This document shows, in pieces, positions 58,628 through 64,000 of a DNA stretch of 64,000 nt. The number at the start of each line of letters is the position of its first letter. The stretch's first letter is position 1. The stretch is taken from assembly GCA_965242965.1 (NCBI GenBank), contig OZ251518.1:2848001-2912000 (forward strand), written 5' to 3'. This DNA comes from Candidatus Poribacteria bacterium. GTDB lineage: Bacteria; Poribacteria; WGA-4E; WGA-3G. The notes beneath the pieces are model-generated. The model searched no databases. It was not told the origin of the DNA and saw only the letters and a list, made by a program, of their open reading frames with translations. Position numbers and translations under genes: made by a program.

Positions 58628-59329
58628 ATGGCGAAAAAAGGGAAACGCTACCGTGGGCTGAAAGAGCAGGTAGATAGGCTTCAACTTTACACGGTTGATG
58701 AAGCTGTCTCGCTTGTGAAAAAAACGAGTGCAGCGAAGTTCGATGAAACCGTGGATTTGGCATCGCGCCTCGGCGTAGACGCGCGGAAGGCAGAAGAGAA
58801 TATCCGCGGCACCGTCGCGCTGCCGCACGGCACCGGAAAATCGGTGCGCGTCGTCGTCTTCGCGCAAGGCGATAAGGCACGCGAGGCAGAGGAAGCAGGC
58901 GCGGATTTCGTCGGCACAGACGAATTAGTGGATAAAATTGTGGATGGCTGGCTTGATTTCGATGCGACTATCGCCACGCCGGATTTGATGCGCGGCGTGA
59001 TGCCGAAACTCGGTAGAATTCTCGGGCCGCGCGGGCTAATGCCCAACGCAAAAGCTGGCACCGTCACTATGGATGTCGCCGAGACACTCCAGAGCATCAA
59101 AGCCGGGCAGATTGAATATCGGGTGGAACGTTCCTCCGGTATCGTTCATGTCCCCATCGGCAAAGTCTCGTTTGAAGAAGAGCGGTTGAAGGATAACCTC
59201 AACACCGTGATGGGTGCGCTCGTCAGCGCAAGGCCGTCCTCTGTCAAAGGCCGGTATATTCGGAGCGTTGCAATCTCCGCGACGATGGGTGTCGGTGTCC
59301 GCATCGATCCGCAGCAATTTGCATCATAA
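58628..59329 (+). CDS. rplA: 50S ribosomal protein L1
   Basis: [37 protein letters not shown]. Confidence 0.97.
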   Translation: MAKKGKRYRGLKEQVDRLQLYTVDEAVSLVKKTSAAKFDETVDLASRLGVDARKAEENIRGTVALPHGTGKSVRVVVFAQGDKAREAEEAGADFVGTDELVDKIVDGWLDFDATIATPDLMRGVMPKLGRILGPRGLMPNAKAGTVTMDVAETLQSIKAGQIEYRVERSSGIVHVPIGKVSFEEERLKDNLNTVMGALVSARPSSVKGRYIRSVAISATMGVGVRIDPQQFAS

Positions 59330-59409
59330 TCGTTCGCGTCGGGACGCGGGGTTTGAAACTGCGCATCCCGATGGCATAAATGTTTGATTTGACACGAAAA
59401 TAGAGAATA

Positions 59410-59540
59410 AAGTCGTAGAAAGTAGGTGCCGCTGGCTTAATTTCCTACCGAGGCTTGACAGGAATGGAAACCGAAGCGTGCTGCGCAGGCTGCACGCCCG
59501 GTCCGATTTCATTCCACGTGCGCTGAGCCTCCACCCGTCT
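59410..59540 (+). promoter_or_regulatory. L10 leader (r-protein autoregulatory RNA)
   Basis: GTCGTAGAAAGTAGG...TTAAT..CCTACCGAGGC in the rplA-rplJ spacer. Confidence 0.7.
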
Positions 59541-59637
59541 GGAGGCTTTTTGTTTGCAAGAATAGAGGGAGGGGTGCAAATCCCCCCTTGTCGCCGCGGT
59601 CTTCGGGCCGCGATACGGAATACGAAGGAGCTGACAC

Positions 59638-60204
59638 ATGCCGAATCAGGCGAACGTTCAGCAAGCAGAACAAATCCGCGAACTCTTTGAAAGCGCGGAT
59701 GTGATTCTGCTCACCGACTTTCAAGGACTAAGCGTCGCAGAAACGAACGAACTTCGTAACAGTTTACGCGCCGCCGATGTCCAATATAAAGTCTGTAAAA
59801 ACACGTTAATCAACGTTGTCGCGCAAGAGAGAGGCATTGACGGGTTAGCACCTTATCTCAAAGGCAACACGGCACTTGCGGCAAGCAGTGACCCGGCCGC
59901 ATCGGCGAAGGCACTTCTCGCTTTCTGTGAAGAACACGAAAATCTCACGATTAAGGGTGGTATCCTTGGCACGCGAGTCATCGACGCAGTCGGCGTTGAG
60001 GCTCTCAAGGATATGCCGTCCCGCGACGTGATGATTGCACGAGCCATCGGATGCATAGGTGCCCCGCTCACCGGACTCGCCCAGGTCTTGAACCAAGGTT
60101 CGCCTGTGAAGGGGATGGTGAATGTTCTCAGTGGAACGATACGCCAAGTGACCTCGGTGTTAACCCAGGTTGCCGAGCAAAAGAGAGAGGCTGAAAACGC
60201 CTAA
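59638..60204 (+). CDS. rplJ: 50S ribosomal protein L10
   Basis: DFQGLSV.E..ELR..LR, V.KNTL, IKGG, position in operon. Confidence 0.95.
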   Translation: MPNQANVQQAEQIRELFESADVILLTDFQGLSVAETNELRNSLRAADVQYKVCKNTLINVVAQERGIDGLAPYLKGNTALAASSDPAASAKALLAFCEEHENLTIKGGILGTRVIDAVGVEALKDMPSRDVMIARAIGCIGAPLTGLAQVLNQGSPVKGMVNVLSGTIRQVTSVLTQVAEQKREAENA

Positions 60205-60226
60205 TTTTTCAAGAAGGAGTTACACA

Positions 60227-60622
60227 ATGGCTGCAAATATAGAACAGCTAATTGAAGACATCAGCAATATGACAGTATTAGAACTGTCAGAGCTGGTCAA
60301 AGCGTTAGAAGAGAAGTTCGGTGTCAGCGCGTCCGCCGCGCCGATGATGGCGATGCCGGGGATGATGCCGGCCGCTGCCGCCGAGGAAGAAGCCGCCACC
60401 GAGGAAGAGCAAACGGAATTTGATGTCCAGCTTAAAGACTTCGGTGCGCAGAAGATTCCGGTTATCAAAGAGGTCCGCGCGATTACCGGCCTGGGGCTGA
60501 AGGAAGCGAAGGAGAAGGTCGAATCCGCGCCTGTCGTCATCCAAGAGGGTGTCGGCAAAGAAGAGGCAGAGAAGACGAAGGCACAGCTCGAAGACCTGGG
60601 TGCCGCCGTGGAGATTCTCTAA
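60227..60622 (+). CDS. rplL: 50S ribosomal protein L7/L12
   Basis: [45 protein letters not shown]. Confidence 0.97.
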   Translation: MAANIEQLIEDISNMTVLELSELVKALEEKFGVSASAAPMMAMPGMMPAAAAEEEAATEEEQTEFDVQLKDFGAQKIPVIKEVRAITGLGLKEAKEKVESAPVVIQEGVGKEEAEKTKAQLEDLGAAVEIL

Positions 60623-60722
60623 CCGCGTCCGCGAGGCATGCGCGCGATGCCGCGCGCATGTCACCCTCCTCTCCCCCATGCGATACCATACCATCCGAAC
60701 CATCCGATGAGGCAGTCACTCC

Positions 60723-61592
60723 ATGTTCAGTATCGTTGAGGTTTTCTACCTCGTCTTCAGTCAACTTGCTGTCGGTGGTGTCGCGCTTCTCCTCCTTGTT
60801 CCGCAAGGGTTGGTAGGTGCGAACTTTTATCGTTTGATGGGCGGCATCTATCTGCTAGTTATCGGCTTCGCCCGATGCGCGATGCTGTCCATTCACCATC
60901 AAGCCGTGAACTTCCGCCATTTTTTCACGGCATCGCCGGACATCGAGTCGCTCTTCATCCTCCTCTTTTTCCTGAGCGTCCTCCTCTGGACGTTGAGTTG
61001 GTGGTTCAAAGCACCCATCTTCACTCGTATCCTCTTTTTCTTTTCGCTACTCTGCGGTGGCATCGTTCTCTTTCTGAGTCCGATGCGCTACCTCAAACTG
61101 ATTCCGAACGAAGCGTTTCTCATTGGGCAAAATGGCGTTGCCGGTTACCTGCTCTTCAGTGCGCAATTCCTGTGTGCCGCCGCGCTACTCGGTGCAGTCA
61201 ACAGCGGCATGTGGTTCGGACACTGGTATCTTGTCACTCCAGATTTGCCGATTCACTACCTCAAGCGGTTCAATAGCGTTTTGCTCGCCGCCCTTATTGG
61301 GACAGCCAGTCTCTTTGGCATCGCTCTCTTTTTGCGGTGGAAATCCCCCGACGTTGTCCCGTTCAATCTCTATTATCACCTCATTTTTAGCATGCGGCTT
61401 CTCATCGGGCTCGGCGGGACGCTGTTCCTCTATTTCATCACTTGGGATTGCCTGCGCGATAAGTCGGTAGCGATAGATGCCGTAGGCGCGACGCGCGCCG
61501 CCACAGGCTTCCTTTTCATCGCCATCCTTACCGTATTCATCGGCGAATTCTGTAGCCGACTGTTGCTGTTGGAAATGCGGTTTGTTTTATGA
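60723..61592 (+). CDS. Polytopic membrane protein (DmsC-anchor-like architecture)
   Basis: About 8 TMs; SQLAVG, GMWFGHWYL, ATGFLF, GE..SR. Confidence 0.65.
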   Translation: MFSIVEVFYLVFSQLAVGGVALLLLVPQGLVGANFYRLMGGIYLLVIGFARCAMLSIHHQAVNFRHFFTASPDIESLFILLFFLSVLLWTLSWWFKAPIFTRILFFFSLLCGGIVLFLSPMRYLKLIPNEAFLIGQNGVAGYLLFSAQFLCAAALLGAVNSGMWFGHWYLVTPDLPIHYLKRFNSVLLAALIGTASLFGIALFLRWKSPDVVPFNLYYHLIFSMRLLIGLGGTLFLYFITWDCLRDKSVAIDAVGATRAATGFLFIAILTVFIGEFCSRLLLLEMRFVL

Positions 61593-61625
61593 ACAAGGCA
61601 GTAGCAGCCAAAAAGTGTTTAATGT

Positions 61626-62025
61626 GAGGGGGTTTCGTAATAAATCCGTGTCGGCGCGCCCTCCCGGTCTCGATACGAGCGATGTGCCCGTAGGAGAGAC
61701 CTCCCGGTCTCAATGCGAGCGATGTGCCCGTAGGAGAGACCTCCCGGTCTCGATGCAATTGGGCGGCAGAAAGCCCCCCCTTCATCGTAGGGCGAGGGCC
61801 CTCGCAGGTTTCCACACGCGCTGGAGAGAGGGTGTCCCTCGCCATCAGCGATCGCGGGGGACAGGCCCCCGCGCTACGGTGAAAAAAAACACCCTGTCTT
61901 ACCGTAGGGCGAGGGCCTGTCCCTCGCCAGCGTTCTCGCACGCGCAATCCAGCGATCGCGGGGGACAGGCCCCCGCGCTACGGTGAAAAAAATGCACCGA
62001 ACGCATCGAAATATGAAACACCCTC
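61626..62025. mobile_element. MITE-like element with REP cargo
   Basis: GAGGGGGTTTCGTAA ... ATATGAAACACCCTC; imperfect flanking repeats GTTTAATGT / GTTTAAATT. Confidence 0.72.
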
Positions 62026-62099
62026 GTTTAAATTTCTTGCAAATTAAAATCAAATATGCTAAAATAGATTTCAGCACAACTTTAAACTTGGAGGCACGA

Positions 62100-63170
62100 A
62101 TGAAATCGCAAATTTTCTATGAACCTGAAAAAATGAGTCTGGAAGAGCGGCCTGTGCCGCAAGCGAACGACACCGAACTGCTAGTCGAAGTGCGTTCCGT
62201 CGGTATCTGTGGTTCGGATGTCGCCTACTACTTCGGTAACAGCTCCCTTGAAACCTCGGATGGGAAGGGACCGCTTATTCTCGGACACGAGTTCACCGGC
62301 GAAGTCGTTAAAGTCGGCAGCGAAGCCGCAAACGATGGCGGGTTTAAAGTCGGCGACAGAGTCGTCGTCAACCCTGTCCAATCTAACCCGAATTCGTTCT
62401 GGAGCAAAAAAGGGTTATCGAACCTATGTCCAGAAAAGCGCGTGCTTGGAGTCGGCGTTGATGGCGGGTTCGCGGAATACGCTGTCTCTGATTATCGCTG
62501 GACTGTGAGGCTCCCCGACAACGTTAGCTATGAGCAGGGTGCACTCACCGAGCCCCTCGCGTGCGGGTTATATGCCGTGAACAATCTCAACGCTGAAGAA
62601 GGACAGACGGCTGTTGTTTTCGGACCCGGGCCCATCGGGTTGATGATGGTGCAGGTGTTAAAGAGCCGTGGCTTGAAAAACGTCTTGCTCGTGGGGACGC
62701 GCGACTACCGGCTGGATGTCGGTAAGGAACTCGGTGCGGACGTGGTTGTCAACGTCAAAGATACCGCTTCGCCGCACTACGTCGCCGACTTAGGTGCCAC
62801 AATTCAGGAACTCAACGACGGTGAATTGGCGGACCGCGCTATTACCGCAACGAGTTCGCTAGATGCTATTCATACCGCCTTGGAAGTTACCGGACGGCAC
62901 GCGACTGTCGTCATTTTCGGGCTCCCCGGCGATACCGATGTGATGCAGGTGCCTATTCTGGATACCATCCTCATGGACAAGACTCTCCGCTTCTCGTGGC
63001 TCGCGCCCGATACGTGGGAAGAGGCTGTCCAACTGATTTCCAGTGGGGATGTCAACATGGACAAAATCATCAGCCATGAGTTTCCATTGGAATCGCTCGT
63101 GGAGGGAATAACGAAGGTGCGCAATCGCGAAGATGGCTGCACGAAAGGGTTGGTAAAAGTCTCTGCCTAA
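62100..63170 (+). CDS. Zinc-dependent medium-chain dehydrogenase (sorbitol/threonine DH-like)
   Basis: GICGSD, GHEFTG.V..VG, GDRV, EPLAC, GPGPIGL; GGAGG RBS. Confidence 0.92.
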   Translation: MKSQIFYEPEKMSLEERPVPQANDTELLVEVRSVGICGSDVAYYFGNSSLETSDGKGPLILGHEFTGEVVKVGSEAANDGGFKVGDRVVVNPVQSNPNSFWSKKGLSNLCPEKRVLGVGVDGGFAEYAVSDYRWTVRLPDNVSYEQGALTEPLACGLYAVNNLNAEEGQTAVVFGPGPIGLMMVQVLKSRGLKNVLLVGTRDYRLDVGKELGADVVVNVKDTASPHYVADLGATIQELNDGELADRAITATSSLDAIHTALEVTGRHATVVIFGLPGDTDVMQVPILDTILMDKTLRFSWLAPDTWEEAVQLISSGDVNMDKIISHEFPLESLVEGITKVRNREDGCTKGLVKVSA

Positions 63171-63239
63171 TCCGCCTAGATTCGGGCTCGCACGCTGAGC
63201 CCGAACATCCCCGGCGAAACAAAGAAGGATATTGGATGC

Positions 63240-64000
63240 ATGTCTCACATTAAAGACAATTTACCGGCAGACCAGATTCTCTGCGGCGATAATCTGGAAC
63301 TCATCCAGCAATTGCCAGATAACTGCGTCCAATTAGTCATCACCTCACCGCCCTATTTCCAGCAGCGCGATTATGGCGGCGGCGGGATGGGGAATGAGCA
63401 GAGCGTTGATGCATATCTTGATACGCTGCTGCGCCTCTTCCGCGAATGCGTGCGCGTGCTGAAAAACGATGGCAGTCTTGTGTTTAACGTCGGCGATAAG
63501 TATCAGGACAGCAACCTGCTCCTTGTCCCTTATCGGTTCGCGCTCGCCGCGACAGAGACAGGATTGGTGAAACTGGTAAACGAAATCACATGGGTGAAAA
63601 GCAATCCGACCCCGAGGCAGTTTCGCCGTCGTCTCGTCAGTAGTACGGAGCCGTTCTTCCACTTCGTCACGTCGGATGACTATTTCTACAAACTCAACGG
63701 ATTTTTACCGGAAGAATTGTCTCCGAAACCATCGCGCAAAAAGGTAGGAACGAACGTCGGACAACGCTATTTTGAGCTCATCGCGCAATCCGATTTGTCG
63801 GACGCGGAGAAGACTGATGCCCGACGTGCCCTCACCGAAGTCATCCAAGAGGTGCAGTGCGGCAAAACGCATAGTTTCCGGATGAAGATTCGCGGGATTC
63901 ACGCGGAACCGTTCGGTGGACAAATCGGTGGACGCACGCTGCAGATGAAGAACAAAGGATTTACGATTATTCGGATGCACGGCAATAAAATCAAGCGCGA
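63240..64000 (+). CDS. Site-specific DNA methyltransferase, beta class (partial, runs off window end)
   Basis: Manual translation MSHIKDNLPADQILCGDNLELIQQLPDNCVQLVITSPPYFQQRDY...RVLKNDGSLVFNVGD; SPPY suggests N4-methylcytosine. Confidence 0.9.
   Translation, partial: MSHIKDNLPADQILCGDNLELIQQLPDNCVQLVITSPPYFQQRDYGGGGMGNEQSVDAYLDTLLRLFRECVRVLKNDGSLVFNVGDKYQDSNLLLVPYRFALAATETGLVKLVNEITWVKSNPTPRQFRRRLVSSTEPFFHFVTSDDYFYKLNGFLPEELSPKPSRKKVGTNVGQRYFELIAQSDLSDAEKTDARRALTEVIQEVQCGKTHSFRMKIRGIHAEPFGGQIGGRTLQMKNKGFTIIRMHGNKIKR

Overview
Bacterial chromosomal window, most likely Candidatus Poribacteria (inferred from the gene repertoire, not from a search: large WD40 protein, LamG protein ending in KLATTWARLK, sulfatase, FGE-sialidase, several PhyH dioxygenases, AAA_35-type ATPase, dense GTAG palindromic repeats). 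It contains housekeeping genes (comM-like, ogg, ppiD, mqnC, rpoZ, six tRNAs, rpmG-secE-nusG-rplKAJL), carbohydrate/sulfate catabolic genes and many intergenic REP/MITE mosaics. Highlights: (1) a sigma54-linked block at 13.8-27.3 kb headed by a 706-aa in-frame beta-clamp (DnaN)-FtsZ fusion, with two consensus -24/-12 promoters, two activators lacking sensor domains, a CBM9/DUF5916-like barrel and five related exported proteins; (2) a gene missed by the ORF track (36449-37507) with a signal peptide followed by two in-frame UGA codons in a U-G-A-U motif and a SECIS-like hairpin, a candidate di-selenocysteine outer-membrane protein; (3) a protein-less IS200/IS605-like mini-element with its own promoter and a TnpB-type omegaRNA-like 3' end; (4) TIR-bounded MITEs that carry variable mosaics of several REP classes.
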